Shown here: positions 14,103 through 27,332 of the stretch, piece after piece
How positions within the stretch are numbered: position 1 is the first letter of the stretch
Layout of the letters: every line of letters starts with the position of its first letter
The notes under the pieces: model-generated
The model's input: only the letters and a program-made list of their open reading frames with translations
What the model was told of the DNA's origin: nothing
The model's database searches: none
Made by a program: the position numbers and the translations under genes
Assembly: GCF_001194135.2 (NCBI RefSeq)
Contig: NC_068982.1
Location: 179,226,050 to 179,290,049 of the forward strand
Length of the DNA stretch: 64,000 nucleotides
Reading direction: 5' to 3'
From: Octopus bimaculoides
Taxonomy: Eukaryota

Positions 14103-15660
14103 TGGTTTGCACTAACCAACCTTTTACTATATTTCTTTATTAGAACCTCGACCCTTTGGTATTTTCTCTGTGCCATGTTCTCTTTGTCTTTCTCTCTTTC
14201 TCTCTCACACTCTGTCCATCTTTCTTTCTGTCTGTCTGTCTGTCTGTATGTCTCTGTCTCTGTCTCTTCCGTAAAATTTCAGGTCTTCAAAAAATATCAA
14301 CTTCACTGATCTCATCGGCCTTGGAGATCATGGAGTCATTGGTACTGTCTCTTCCTCCAAACCCAAAAAGAAACAAACAAAAAAAAATAGAAAAATAGAT
14401 TTAACACATTCCATAACACATTCTACAAATGTATTAATAAATCAATGATAAATGTAGCTGATCAGAATGAGATGCGTATTCTCATTGCAGACTGTTCATC
14501 ATCTTCCCCAGCCTCTGTAAGAAAAAAAAAAAAAAACACCGATAGTTGACACGGTGTGGTACTAAAGCAGTAGAGAGAAAAATGCAACAGTAGCGTCATC
14601 AGCAGCTCACATATTTGTAGATTAAGGGTACAATCAATTATATCGATCCCGGAACAACAATAACAACAAGATATCAAACTCCGACATATTTTTTAAAAAC
14701 TAGTGGAGTGTATTGTTTACTAAATATTTTACATTATAATCTATGAGCATGTTGTAATCGGCTTACATAGTATTCGATTATCAGAAACCACACAGAATTT
14801 GAAGATCAATTTAATGTCTTTAAAATAGAAGTAAATTGATTAATTCTGCTTTCATGTTTATACGAGATAAAATACTGCATTCATTGTTTTAATCAATTAT
14901 AATGTGCATGAATAATATTGTTAGGGAAAATGAGATTAGATAAGAATCGACCCAGATATTATAAAGAATTTTTATTTCGTGTTTTTAAATGTGTAGCCTC
15001 ATGCTTTTTTGTAACGTGTATGCTGCTGAAATAACCAACGTTGAATATTGCCTTCAGCTTAGCAAGAATTCTGAATATTAAGTGAATGGTATAAAAATAT
15101 GTTTTGTTTTTCTCAAGATATGTATATACCAGTTTTATAAATTAATCGCAAAGCTAATACCAACGTCCTTGAACTTTGTCGCAACTTCCGGGAAGAATCG
15201 AATGTTTACTGGTTGCGACGGCAGATATCAAGTTAACCGATATGGGATACCCGTTCAGAATTCTTTTAGAAGCGTGAACCGCATTTCTGGCATAAAAGAA
15301 CCAGATGGTGATGTTAAACTGGGGAACGGATTAGGTCAACCACACAAATTAGAATCAAAATAGAATCGATCCTACTGCTTGGCAAGAGCTTATCTTCTCG
15401 CCCTAAGATTCGCATTGCTCCACTATATATTATAGTAGAGGAATAGTAGCTTGCATAAACCCCTCAAGCGCTCGCTGGAATCGATATATAGAAGTGAGAT
15501 AAGGCTAATAAATCAACTGCTTAATTCACATGTTTTAAGGGTCTAATCAGTTGGAGAAGAGGATAGATCTAGCGGGCTAAAGTTCTAAAAGAAAATGGTA
15601 GGAAGAAAAGGTAAATTCCTATGCCTATACATGCACACATGCATTTACACCTGCTCATAT

Positions 15661-15661
15661 A

Positions 15662-15737
<76 letters not shown>
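15661..15737. repeat. (AAT)n microsatellite
   Basis: Direct inspection; possibly the tail of an adjacent minus-strand retroelement that runs into the gap. Confidence 0.97.
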
Positions 15738-15738
<1 letters not shown>

Positions 15739-16346
15739 GCCCGGATGCAGTACCAGGCAGTGGCTCTCATGGCTTCTGATCTTTATTGATTGGAAGTGTT
15801 ATCATGTACATTGTTTTTTCTTGGTATAAAAAGATGGGCTACATCAAATATTCTGCTCAATACCACAGATTTGCTTGTCAGTTGTTTGACNNNNNNNNNN
15901 NNNNNNNNNNNNNNNNNNNNNNNNNNNNNNNNNNNNNNNNNNNNNNNNNNNNNNNNNNNNNNNNNNNNNNNNNNNNNNNNNNNNNNNNNNNNNNNNNNNN
16001 NNNNNNNNNNNNNNNNNNNNNNNNNNNNNNNNNNNNNNNNNNNNNNNNNNNNNNNNNNNNNNNNNNNNNNNNNNNNNNNNNNNNNNNNNNNNNNNNNNNN
16101 NNNNNNNNNNNNNNNNNNNNNNNNNNNNNNNNNNNNNNNNNNNNNNNNNNNNNNNNNNNNNNNNNNNNNNNNNNNNNNNNNNNNNNNNNNNNNNNNNNNN
16201 NNNNNNNNNNNNNNNNNNNNNNNNNNNNNNNNNNNNNNNNNNNNNNNNNNNNNNNNNNNNNNNNNNNNNNNNNNNNNNNNNNNNNNNNNNNNNNNNNNNN
16301 NNNNNNNNNNNNNNNNNNNNNNNNNNNNNNNNNNNNNNNNNNNNNN

Positions 16347-16425
<79 letters not shown>

Positions 16426-17844
16426 ATCCACATAATGATTCGGAAGTCCCTTTTAGCATGCAAATTACGGTTAAAATTTTGCCTTATGATGTGTGTGCGT
16501 GCGTTTCTGTGGATGCATATATGCATCCCTACCTACATACAACCAGAATCATTCGTGGGGAAATGCTTCTGTATTTGTGAGGTGGATGCCAGGCATAAAA
16601 TTGTATTGAATAATTTCTAATTATTGTAGTTATACATAAATGTTAAAGCTGTGTTACGATGTCAAAAATTGTATATGTGGAAACTGCCTCGTATGCACAT
16701 TCGCTATCCGTCCTTTTAAGATCAACTGAGGAAGAAAGAGTTAATGCAGTCTCTTACTCGCAGTTATATAGAAGTTAACATTTAGTACTCTTTGACATAT
16801 ATTTTGAAAAAAAAAAACTGATTTTACTATTATTGATTTTTCAGCAAAATATCTTGACATTTAATAGTAGAAACACTTGATATATAGAGTAACATGTCTT
16901 TTGAATAACCTTCAATAGAAGTAAAAATGGAGAGATTGAAATAAATCATTTATACTTGATGATCAGATATTTTCAACTGAATCGCTCAATTGAACTCCTG
17001 TCAACTGTTCTATAGGTGGGAGGGCAAGATAAACTGTAATACTTCACAAAGCTTCAATTAAGCACATATTGGCGTGTTTCATAAAATCCTTGGAAGTTAT
17101 ATTTAATAGTTTAGGGTCGGTGTTTCATAGTTCAAAATTCTGTAATGGTAGACTTATCTTTCTTCATCAATAAATATAATTATAATTATCTAGAGAAATA
17201 CTATGTGAATTTACTCTGAATAAATTTACCTTGTATAAATCTTATTCCCCTATCACCCAACAATTTATTACTTATTTTTACGCTCAGTTGTGTTAACATT
17301 CATAAAGCTAGGTATTCATCACACTCGAGTGCGCGCACACACATACATATTTTTAAACGCACGCGCATATACACGCACACACACGCACGCACACACACAC
17401 ATACAAAATTAATTCTCAAGACAATGAGGGATGCATTACAGAATCGTCAACCTAGTTAACTCCTTCATACTAATTTAGACCTCCCTCAACAGTTCCCATC
17501 TGATTAGTGAGATGAAAGCTAGAATCGTCACTATCATTCGCGTGGATTGTGCAGGCCGAAAAGAAGGAGTTGTCATTTTCCTCCATGATACATGCAAACA
17601 GCATATATTTCCCTGGCAACAGTGAATCGGTGACTATGCATGACAAGGTTAATTAAATGGCTATAATTGAGCCTTACAAGCCAGCTGAATCATCTCTATT
17701 CTGATTTTAAGTTTGCTCCAACAAAATTAAGTATATAATCCGGGAATACAACTCTGGAAACATCCTAATAGTAAGATAAATCAGCCTACCCTTTGTGGCT
17801 TGAACTACAAAAATATAAATGAGAGGATCTACATTTCAAACGTG

Positions 17845-18640
17845 CACAATGAATCAATAGAGGCACTATTCACAATGAATCAATAGAGGCACTATTCACA
17901 ATGAATCAATAGAGGCACTATTCACAATGAATCAATAGAGGCACTATTCACAATGAATCAATAGAGGCACTATTCACAATGAATCAATAGANNNNNNNNN
18001 NNNNNNNNNNNNNNNNNNNNNNNNNNNNNNNNNNNNNNNNNNNNNNNNNNNNNNNNNNNNNNNNNNNNNNNNNNNNNNNNNNNNNNNNNNNNNNNNNNNN
18101 NNNNNNNNNNNNNNNNNNNNNNNNNNNNNNNNNNNNNNNNNNNNNNNNNNNNNNNNNNNNNNNNNNNNNNNNNNNNNNNNNNNNNNNNNNNNNNNNNNNN
18201 NNNNNNNNNNNNNNNNNNNNNNNNNNNNNNNNNNNNNNNNNNNNNNNNNNNNNNNNNNNNNNNNNNNNNNNNNNNNNNNNNNNNNNNNNNNNNNNNNNNN
18301 NNNNNNNNNNNNNNNNNNNNNNNNNNNNNNNNNNNNNNNNNNNNNNNNNNNNNNNNNNNNNNNNNNNNNNNNNNNNNNNNNNNNNNNNNNNNNNNNNNNN
18401 NNNNNNNNNNNNNNNNNNNNNNNNNNNNNNNNNNNNNNNNNNNNNNNNNNNNNNNNNNNNNNNNNNNNNNNNNNNNNNNNNNNNNNNNNNNNNNNNNNNN
18501 NNNCTATTCACAATGAATCAATAGAGGCACTATTCACAATGAATCAATAGAGGCACTATTCACAATGAATCAATAGAGGCACTATTCACAATGAATCAAT
18601 AGAGGCACTATTCACAATGAATCAATAGAGGCACTATTCA
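17845..18640. repeat. 26-bp minisatellite (gaatcaatagaggcactattcacaat)n spanning an assembly gap
   Basis: Identical units on both sides of the N gap at 17992-18503; no spacers. Confidence 0.97.
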
Positions 18641-20128
18641 ACTTTGTAAAGAAATGTTTGACTTTGCACGTGCTACAGCCAAAGACATGCAAGCAAAAAG
18701 TTTCTGGACCTGATGTTAAGCAGCCACGTTAATACTATCCATAATATCGTAGTTTGTCACATTCTCTTCCTTTGATATGGAACCATTTTGGCAGATATTT
18801 GCGGATACAATTCCCAGCATTTGCCCAAACCACACTCTATTAAAACTTAAGGACAAAAATAAAGAAGTCTCTCAAGAGAGAAAAGAATCATTGAGAAAAT
18901 ATTGAAAAAAATTCACAGAAAAATTATCAATCAGCTGAAATACTTCCAGCAGCGATTCCCTACCTGATAGCAATAAGAATCTAAGAAAAAAATAAAATAC
19001 ATCGTTTCCAGAGCAGGTTGAGGACGATTATTAATAATAATCAAAGAGCCGCTGATGAACGCAGAGCTATTGCGAAAATTAAACTCATGCCTAGTGACAT
19101 ATTTAACAAAGAACGTACGGTTGCCCTTTCATCTATCAGTCCGCCAGTTATCACGTCATGGTGGAAATGCTACAATATTAAACTATTGTGGTATAATCGT
19201 GAATACATCTCTAAAATGCTATTGTAAGTTAAGCCTATCACAGAATTATACGAGCCATGATTTACTTTGCGAACTCAACAATGAGGTGCAGCATATTAAT
19301 GACACAAACATTGAAAATATGGCATAAATCAGTTTACGATTTAGTTTACGTTAACAAAACTGTCAACTATTCCCCAAAGTTAACCAGTACCCTTCGCATA
19401 ACGTTGTCTGTCATCATAATCTACCGATGGAATTAGGTGCAGTCATAACATATTACCTCGAAAGTTGAATGCACCAAGTATTAGGTGACGGTACATGTCT
19501 ATTTTCCGAATCTATTGTCTTTCATGTGATTATTTAATTTCCAGTGACACTGTCTCTTTCTATGACCAATACCAAATCTCATTAAGGGATTTGATATTGG
19601 TCATAGAATTAAACTAACAAATGCAAGTTTCTCTCATCGTAATCACTATGTCGTACGCTCAGATGTTCACCCAAGCAGACATTTTTTTTCTTATCAGAAC
19701 ACCAAAGCACAGAATCAAGAAATGTTCTCTATCCCAGACATCTTGCTGAATAAAACATTTTCCTGTTGAAATGGTCGTTGTTTGTTTTGCATCTTAATGG
19801 AAAATTACACGAAAATATTAAGATATTATTTTCATAAGTAACTAACTTTAAATAATCAACTATGTCACAATGCTTTACACATCATAGATGGCTGGACACA
19901 ATTCAAATTTAGTTATGTGTCTGCATAAAATATATGCAAATAGACGGGCATTAAAAAGCAACTGCGTAAAACATGGTGTAAGTTAAAAAATTTAATTGAA
20001 CAAAATTGTTTCTGTGAAGCACTCAGACAACACTAAATGACTCAGCTAAAATATGTATATATATAGATACACACATACTCCAGGCGCATATACACACGTA
20101 CACATATACATATGTATTATAACATATA

Positions 20129-21019
20129 CGAGGTCTGATCAATAAGTATCCGGAGTTGCCATATTAACGAAGCAAAAGCACGCCGTGTAACGCCGCTCGG
20201 TAAAGATTGACCTTAAACTCTGATTGCATACGCACTAAGTTTCAACGTTCTAGCTCACTTCCGCTGTTTACAGCAGTGTTCGGAAGGAAGGTGTGTAGCG
20301 TGTGATCGTCACATTGACCATGGCAGAGAACAGTGTCATGGCGATACATGCTCACAAGCCTACGTAGAGTTGCAGAACGTGCATGGAGAGGATACTATGA
20401 GCCGCACGCAGGTGTACGAATGGTTCTGGCGTATCCAAGATGGCCAAAAAATTGTCAATATTGACGAGCACTCTGGGAGACACGCAACCAGCAGAATTGA
20501 GAAAGACATCGCAGATGTGCGTGCAGCTGTGAGGGGAAATCGTCGAATCACCATCCGTGAGTTATCAGAGAATGTGCGGATTAATTACGGTTCAGTTCAG
20601 TTCAGTCCATTAACACTGAAGATTTGGGTATGAGACGCGTGTCTGCCAAGTTTGTACCAAAACTACTTCCAGCGGACCAAAAAGACACTCGGGTTTCAGG
20701 TCTCCTTGTTTGTGTCAAGAACGATGATAAAGTTTTGAAAACTTTGCGTAGGCCTCTGAGCAGGTGTCTCTAGGTTTTTGGCAAAATTTGATGCAGTTTC
20801 TATGCTCAACTTCTTTCTCTGTCATGTTCAATGCGACGATCACACGCTACACACCTTCCTTCCAAGCACTGCGAATGTCAGCTAGAATGTTAAATCTTAG
20901 TGCACATGCAGAGCAGAGTTCAAGGTCAATCTGTACCAAGCGGCTTTACTCTGCATGCTTTAACTTCGTTAATATGGATATTTATTAGAACAGTTCGGAT
21001 ACTTATTGATGAGACCTCG
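20129..21019 (+). mobile_element. Non-autonomous mariner element, 891 bp, with TA target-site duplication and long inverted ends
   Basis: ta|cgaggtctgatcaataagtatccg ... cggatacttattgatgagacctcg|ta. Transposase N-terminus MSRTQVYEWF..DEHSGR..RRITIREL..LGMRRVSAKFVPKLL is present; the catalytic domain is absent. Confidence 0.96.
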
Positions 21020-23066
21020 TACGATTAATATATAGGAAGGTTCTCAAATTTGAAGCCGGTTTGATACATGCCATGGACGAAACTCTCCGTCCTTGAGTCA
21101 CTTTCAAACTTCTGCCGATTAAAATATGAAGTATATATGTATATGTATAAGCATGTGTGTGTTTGTGTGTGTATGTATGTATGTGTGTATATTTATATAA
21201 GGAGTATTAAAGAACAATTTTAACTAATGCATAATAAAACAATATTTTAAATAAAATTTCTATAATTTCTTTAGAATCATAGATAAATTAAGAATGCTTC
21301 AAGGATTTTATGTGGTAATACTTAGTATAAAATCTGAAAAATTTTAAAATTTGTATCTATGTTTTGAATTGATTTATATTAGAAAAAAAGATTACGATGA
21401 ATTTCGTGTTAGCCTAAAGGAGCAGCGGTTTGTGTTAATTTAAAATTCAGAAGATTGACAGGTCAAAGAGAGATAATATTTCTAACATTTGCTTCGGTAA
21501 AATCTTTAAATGAAGTAGTAAACGACCCCAAATGACTGGAAAGTTAGAATAAGACAGAATAAAACGATGCAATTTAGAAAAGGCCTAAGTAAATCCGTAA
21601 AGTAAGAACACAATATTATTTAGAGCTGTTAGTTGTGGTAGATCAAAGACTGTATAACTTTAGACTGAAACATGGAACGTTTATTTTAACAAAATAATCA
21701 TTGTCTAAAGCTATAATACATAAGATTTCAGTGTTGATTTGAAATATAAATTTTCAGTTGATAAACCATAATAAAAGATCATCCGATTAATCTGCGCGTG
21801 GCAAAAAGTACATGTGCACCCTTAAGGTTATTCTGAGGAGAAATCAGCCTAAAAAGACGAATCCTTGACACAAGTGTCCCAAATTCTCCGAAAGATTTCT
21901 ACAGCTTCCTTTACTGAACTCTCACAGACTATGGAGTAAAGCGCGGCCATGGTAAAAGATATTCACCCAAAATATCGTGCGGTAAGATTTAATGCACGAC
22001 ATCGCGTCTGCAGTTCAAAATTTGTGACTATTCGTCCGTGCTGTATTCACTGTGTAATGATATGTTATGCTAGAAAAAGAAAACTTCAAAAAGATAATGT
22101 TCAAACAGATTGATGGAAACCCACAGCGAACTGACTATTATAGATTTGGAATGGACACGTAGAGTTATGTAACGAATGCTTGGGAATCAATAAGCCATCG
22201 CGAAGATGTGAAATATATTTTTAGATATATTGCTTCAGAAGAAACATTTTAAATTAGCGTACAGGCATGGCAAAAATTGTTGCTATGCAGCGAAAAGTGA
22301 ATAAAAATCCTAGTTTGAAATCAAGTGTCTATGTGACATATGATCTAATATTAAATATATAATGTTGGGTTTCAATAATATAATAGCAAAACAAATATCG
22401 TGTTAGAACTAAGAAATGTAAATAGAAAATAACTTATTAGAGATGCCAGTTTGACAGTGACAAATGAATATATAATGTACAGGATTGTATATTTGCAGTA
22501 GCAATCAAAAATCTATCTGAAGAACGTATGAAGCCAATATGTTAGAACAACGATCCGGCAATAATGCTCGACATATAAATGTTCGATCATCTGAACGAGA
22601 GTATCGTAAGATCACATATAAATGATAGACACTCTACTCATGTTAGAACACCACTATGGTGGTCAGCGTTATATATGTATGATCATATATTTACCCAATC
22701 TGACTTGAACTAAGGCTGAATAATTGAAACTGGATTTAAAGTCGGAGCGATGATTCAGAAATGCAAATAATGGTTTCTCTAGCCAGTGGTTGGCATGTAT
22801 AAGCCATCGGCCGAAATTTAAAATCTCATCTCAGTCAACGGAAATTTTACAATAAATTTTACTGTAATACCGGCACTGAGTCACTTCATCACTAAATGTT
22901 TCTCTGGTCTTCTTAATGTAAGTTTAAACTACTAACCTCAGCATAAGACAGACAGGCCGATACATATAATATATGTGTGTGTATAAGTCTAGACATACAT
23001 AGACGTATACATGCATAAGGCTGACCACAATATTGTTGTTCTAATATGTGCGGAGTGTCTATCGTT

Positions 23067-23137
23067 TATAGTAGAAGACACTTGCCGAAGGTGCCACGCA
23101 GTGGGACTGAACCCGGAACCATGTGGTTGGTAAGCAT
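23067..23137 (-). mobile_element. tRNA-derived SINE, family B, head fragment
   Basis: tagtagaagacacttgccgaaggtgccacgcagtgggactgaacccggaaccatgtggttgg closely matches 63915-63980; B-box-like ggttcagtccc on the minus strand. Confidence 0.85.
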
Positions 23138-24084
23138 TTTGTATACATTGTATATATTTCATCAATGATCAGCAACAATCTGTACGATTCTTGTTACTTC
23201 CTTTTGCATCTCTTCCGAGATTTCTTTATAACATTCGACGAAAATTTTTCCAAGTAATTAAATATAAATATGAAAAAGTTTAGGATATGACAGAAAATAA
23301 TAAAGATGTAAATGCATTCACTCTATGAAGAAGATGTGTCAGAAAATAATGGATGCTTACATTCTTATCACAAATAAATCATTCTAATATTTAAATTAGT
23401 TTCACTCATTCTAGTTCACGCTGCGCTGTTCATGAAATGTACTGTTTAATACTCTAATTGTATGCATTTCTGTATTACTGCATTGTTATATTTAACCATG
23501 TTATTCAGATTTCCTAGTCCCGCATTTCATTCTGCTTTTGTACACTGTTTAACCTATGACAAAAGTTCGTTTTGAGAACCCCCTTCACACACACACGCAC
23601 ACAACCACACACACACACACACAAGCACACACGCACAAGCGCACACACACACACACAATAAATATACATTATGTGTCTGATATTTTTAACCAAGACGTTA
23701 CAATCGTATCAGATGTCACTCAAAACGGAATTACTCGAGTCGAATGCACAGCCTTTCATGAGTCATGATGTTTCATTGTAACGTATCTATATATTATAAA
23801 TATATATATTTTTTNNNNNNNNNNNNNNNNNNNNNNNNNNNNNNNNNNNNNNNNNNNNNNNNNNNNNNNNNNNNNNNNNNNNNNNNNNNNNNNNNNNNNN
23901 NNNNNNNNATATATATATATATATATATAGGCATGTGAATATAAATATATATACCTGCCCCCAAAATCTTATGGGTTACAAAGGACAGTTACGCAAACTG
24001 CGAAGTTTTGAATATGCAATTTGTATTCTTCGCAAGTTGAGAAATTTGTGTTTTTGCAATCACGTGTATGTGATTTTGTCATGG

Positions 24085-24960
24085 ACAGTAACAAAGGACC
24101 AACGTGAAAATTTGCGTTAAGCTTGGGAAATCTGCTACAAAAACAATGAGCGTGCTTCGGCAAGCTTGCGGCAAAGTGGCAATGGCTCGTTCGCAAGGGA
24201 TCGAGTGACAGAGGTGCTTCAAAAATGGAAGAACGTCTCTGGAAACCGATGAGAGATCTGAGAGACCTACCACGGGTGTCGATATTGTGCCTGAGGATCG
24301 TCGGAGGATAATCAACAACATTGCTAATGTTGTTCGTCTGTCATATGGGTCTGTGCAGACTATCCGAACTTTGGAATTGAACATGCAGCATGTCTCTGTC
24401 AGGTTTGTCCCCCGCCAGCAGAACACTGCGCAGAAAGAACAACGTGTCGAAGTCTGTCAAGATCTCCGTCGGCGTGCCACTGATGACCCATCCTTTATGT
24501 CAAGGATCATCACCGGTGTCCAGGGTTGAATCTACGGATACCACCCTGAGACGAAGCAGCTGTCGTCACAAGGGAAGAGCCCTTCATCTCCACGACCGAA
24601 GAAGGCACAACAGAGGCACAACTGAAGGTACGTGCACTGGGCATTCAACCCCAGGGCCAGACCGTCAGTCGACGATCTGCGACGATCTGAAGCGACAGAG
24701 GGAGGACATTTGGCGAAAAGGACCGGATCTGTGGATCGCGAAGAATTGGATTATTCACGACAACAATGAACCCTGTCACCGAGGTCTCCTCAGTCGTGAG
24801 TTCCTCGCTAAAAATAGCATGGTATTGCTTCAGCACCTGTCCTGTTCGAAAGATTTAGCACCTGTAGACATCCATCTCTTTTCGAAGACAAAAATGCAGC
24901 TGAAGGTCACCGTTTTAACACTGTTGACGATATCTCGTGCGAATCGGAGGTCCTTGACTC
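24085..24960 (+). mobile_element. Mariner (DD34D-type) transposase fossil
   Basis: KLGKSATKT, DERSERP, EDRRRII, MQHVSVRFVPR, RIITG..IYGYHPETKQLS, PRPKK, IHDNNEPCH, SKDLAPVDIHLF (YSPDLAPxD equivalent), GHRF. Confidence 0.94.
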
Positions 24961-24999
24961 GCACATGTATATATATATATATATATATACATGTGCGCG

Positions 25000-25072
<73 letters not shown>

Positions 25073-25246
25073 GTGCGTGCGTGCGTGTTTATATGTATAT
25101 ATATATATACATTTCACCAATGATTCTTGGTCGTGATACTTGAGTCTCAGGACAAACATTAAAAGACTCAGCTTCAATTTTAATAAAAATATCTTTCTTT
25201 CTTTCTTTCTTTCTTTCTATATATACATATACATGTAAGATCTAGA

Positions 25247-26110
25247 GATCGAGGTGTAGGAAGAAAGTTAGCTTCAAGCAATCCGTAGATACAACTTTCA
25301 GGCACAATAGCGGTTTATTGAGATGGAAAGTTGTGGAATGTTTTCGTATCAAAGTATCAAACGTAACTATTATATCGTATTCTTCCCTTCCTTTTTGAGG
25401 TTTACTACTCACTTTAGTAAACCTCCACCCACGTACCATTTTCTGTACTCATCCCTCCACTTAGTGCATTTCAAACATGTCACACCACCTCCCACTTCTC
25501 ACACGTATCCCTTCCCTACTCTTCTCCCATCCCCCACATAATATTTTGACCACCAACTAACACTCCTTTATTCATTTTCTCTTCCTCTTTCTTTTCTTTA
25601 TTCTTTCCACATCTATTCCTTTTGCCCATTCCCCTCATTTTAACATACACATCTTTTCTTTCCTCTCTCTCTCTCTACTTAATGTTATCATTAAATTCTG
25701 GAAATTTCTTTCGCACCACAAGACCTCTCTGAATGAATAGCACATGGATTTACGTCTCTACACTTTCCATTTGTATTGACAAAATATGAACTCCAATCGG
25801 AATTTTCATACCCTGGACAAGAAGCATTTCTACCACTTTTACGCACCACTTTCCTTGGATGATGGAACTGCAACTATAACATCCCACGTATATTTTGATT
25901 TTTACTTTTATTCTCTTATTTCCCTTTATACTTCTTATTTCCATCCTTTGCCAAAATAACTCCTTATACTGAATTCTACTATTTCCCTCTATTTAACTAT
26001 CTCACATCGTCTCTGATGAAGGGATATCCCTAATATCCCAGAAACAGCTGTAAGACTAACTTTCTCTTTATAAATGTCCTGAAAATTCCACACATCCATG
26101 GCATTGTTCT
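25247..26110 (+). mobile_element. Probable Penelope-like element terminal (pLTR) region ending in a hammerhead ribozyme
   Basis: Hammerhead at 26009-26056; the first ~40 bp nearly match 39-78 (37/40). No RT is recognisable, so the call rests on the ribozyme type. Confidence 0.5.
26009..26056 (+). ncRNA. Minimal type-I hammerhead ribozyme
   Basis: GUCU-CUGAUGA-A-GGGAUA(ucccuaa)UAUCCC-A-GAAAC-AGCU-GUA-AGAC: stem I GUCU/AGAC, 6-bp stem II, intact core, palindromic stem III ACAGCUGU; predicted cleavage after 26052. Confidence 0.85.
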
Positions 26111-26120
26111 CTCATTTAAT

Positions 26121-26222
<102 letters not shown>

Positions 26223-26909
26223 AAGTATGTAAACAAACGACATAACGTATAATGAATGTAAAAACGACGGGAGACAAAGAGAAGGCCCATAATTCTTCAT
26301 CGGTTATCGACCAATCGTACTGTTTAGCTTCTCACCTTTAACGATAAGACTGAATGCTTCCCAATTGGCGGTGCACGCAAAAAAAAGTTTCCCTGCGTAG
26401 AATTAAAGACATAAGCAAACAAAACAAAACAAGCAATACGACACGGAGTGTGATTTAGAACGGTGGACGAGGACGAACAGTCGATCAAAATACTGCCTTG
26501 GGGCCAAAGAGATGAGAATAGTGGGTAACGCTTAGAAAATGTTTGGAAGTATGGAGAACGTAGAGACAGATTTTGCGACTGGTCAGCTAAGGGACCAGTG
26601 TAAGAAAGCAAGAAAAAGAGGAACTCGCTGCTGGTCACGTGACAGCAGCAAACAGGGGAGAAAGACAGCAGGGAGAGTGAACGACAGAGCCAAAAAGGGG
26701 AAGTGGATGAAAGGGAAGGAGAAAGGCTAGGAATACAAGAGGGTGAAAAACTAGGAAAACATATATATATACACGCATGCACACATATAATATATATATG
26801 TATATATACATATATATATAGACACGCACTCACACAGACACGTACACACACGCACACAAATACACACACACATAAACACAAACTTGCACATATGTATATG
26901 AATATATAT

Positions 26910-27048
26910 GAGGGGCTTCCGCATAGTTTCCGCCCACTTAATTTGCACACAATATTTCAATTGGCTTATAGTGGAAGACGCCTTATGCGCCGAGAAGAGG
27001 AACTGAATCCGAAATTCACATACTTGTTCAGATAACTTCTTAAAACAA
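26910..27048 (-). mobile_element. SINE family B, highly diverged copy
   Basis: agtttccgcccac...tatagtggaagac...gaactgaatccgaaa is colinear with 63865-63995. Confidence 0.55.
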
Positions 27049-27133
27049 ACATGCCTGCATCTATGTGTATGTTTGTATGTATTTATTTGCGTGTGTATGT
27101 ATGTATACATCAATGTAGTGTTATTTCTTTACT

Positions 27134-27332
27134 ACCCACAAGGGGCTACACACAGAGGGGACAAACAAAGACAGACAAACGGATTAAGTCGATTATATCG
27201 ACCCCAGTGCGTAACTGGTACTTATTTAATCGACCCCGAAAGGATGAAAGGCAAAGTCGACCTCGGCGGAATTTGAACTCAGAACGTAGCGGCAGACGAA
27301 ATACCGCTAAGCATTTCGCTCGGCGCGCTAAC
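27134..27332 (-). mobile_element. tRNA-derived SINE, family A (well-preserved copy)
   Basis: Reverse complement reads gttagcgcgccgagcgaaatgcttagcggtatttcgtc...gagttcaaattccgccgaggtcgactttgcctttcatcctttcggggtcgat, with B-box-like gagttcaaattcc. Confidence 0.9.

Noticed and set aside
15082-15363. 93-aa plus-strand ORF
   Set aside because: Non-ATG start, no donor and no recognisable motif.
17845-18640. CRISPR-like array
   Set aside because: Units are head-to-tail identical with no spacers, there are no cas genes, and the context is eukaryotic.
21060-21110. Hammerhead-like GGACGAAAC...GUC
   Set aside because: The upstream core reads UUGAUAC, stem II pairs only 2 of 4 positions, and there is no stem I.
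21928-21981. Plus-strand 54-nt exon candidate (YGVKRGHGKRYSPKISC)
   Set aside because: Good AG/GT signals but isolated, short and unrecognised; expected by chance at this window size.
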